Assembly (NCBI GenBank): GCA_946560065.1
Contig: CAMNUE010000002.1
Location: 78,950 to 142,949 of the forward strand
Reading direction: 5' to 3'
Source of the DNA: an uncultured bacterium
Lineage (GTDB): Bacteria; Bacillota_I; Bacilli_A; RF39; UBA660
Length of the DNA: 64,000 nt
The translations under genes were made by a program, and so were the position numbers. The notes beneath the pieces are model-generated. The model worked only from the letters and a program-made list of their open reading frames with translations, did not search any database and was not told the origin of the DNA. Positions 63,878-64,000 of the stretch are shown in pieces. Every line of letters starts with the position of its first letter. Within the stretch, counting starts at the first letter, position 1.

Positions 63878-63890
63878 GGAACTGAGTTCC
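63878..63890. repeat. GGAACTNAGTTCC palindrome, copy 11
   Basis: Directly abuts the stop at 63891; 24 nt before ATG 63853. Confidence 0.9.
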
Positions 63891-64000
63891 TTAAATTCCT
63901 AAGATACAATTTTCAAATGAAGAACCAATTTTAAATCTATAAACTGATTCTTCGCCATCAAATGCATAATAAACTGTATCACCTTTTACATCGACGATTG
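63891..64000 (-). CDS. 3' end of a gene that starts beyond the right edge
   Basis: The minus-strand frame reads ...IVDVKGDTVYYAFDGEESVYRFKIGSSFENCILGI then a stop (TAA at 63893-63891). Confidence 0.5.
   Translation of the reverse strand, partial: IVDVKGDTVYYAFDGEESVYRFKIGSSFENCILGI

Larger units (their letters stand above)
8962..64000. mobile_element. conjugative plasmid / ICE-like element (right end not in window)
   Basis: Contiguous relaxase, MobC, T4CP, VirB4, PrgI, VirB6-like, PG hydrolase, primase, ParA, SSB and Rep + iterons. Composition steps up at about 8.7-8.95 kb. No integrase seen. Confidence 0.8.

Noticed and set aside
1-64000. Search by eye for tRNA, rRNA, integrase/recombinase, transposase or IS ends, restriction endonuclease partners of the methyltransferase, and Cas genes.
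   Set aside because: None recognised. Absence by eye is weak evidence for small RNAs, so tRNAscan/Infernal should be run. All long ORFs were read, and none shows tyrosine/serine recombinase or DDE motifs.

Overview
This is low-GC Firmicutes-type DNA, and essentially every credible gene lies on the minus strand. Positions 1-8.7 kb are about 22-25% GC in the 60-nt lines I counted by hand. They carry the 5' part of an EssC-like FtsK/SpoIIIE type VII secretion ATPase (it runs off the left edge), an ankyrin-repeat protein, a YdjG/YdjH/YdjI-like zinc-ribbon/TPM/SPFH membrane module and a lipoprotein. From about 8.96 kb to the right edge the composition is higher and mosaic (about 26-47% GC in sampled lines), and the content is a self-transmissible plasmid/ICE-like element. 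In order, that element carries: a ParA module; an SSB/HNH/ParB-like block; a run of small gene cassettes that each carry the same promoter-operator; a class B sortase; MobC plus a relaxase with a probable oriT; an orphan DNA methyltransferase; and an HExxH protein. It continues with a Gram-positive type IV secretion set (peptidoglycan hydrolase, VirB4, PrgI/VirB3-like, VirB6-like, Maff2, VirD4 coupling protein), a 1158-aa primase and a sortase-dependent pilus operon. It ends with two paralogous secreted proteins, a ToxN/AbiQ-domain fusion protein behind a structured leader, and a Rep initiator with five 21-22 bp iterons. I saw no integrase, transposase, tRNA, rRNA or CRISPR array. The strongest sequence-level signals are five. 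(1) Two complete hammerhead ribozyme motifs lie between cistrons and show compensatory stem changes. (2) Six copies of a sigma-A-type promoter carry a 19-nt palindromic operator in the spacer. (3) There are eleven copies of the palindrome GGAACTNAGTTCC, three of them inside the primase CDS in two reading frames. (4) A ToxN-like toxin domain is fused to an extra domain and lacks the expected tandem-repeat RNA antitoxin. (5) One domain is shared by the relaxase C-terminus and four tandem repeats in the primase. All family assignments are by eye from motifs; no searches were run.
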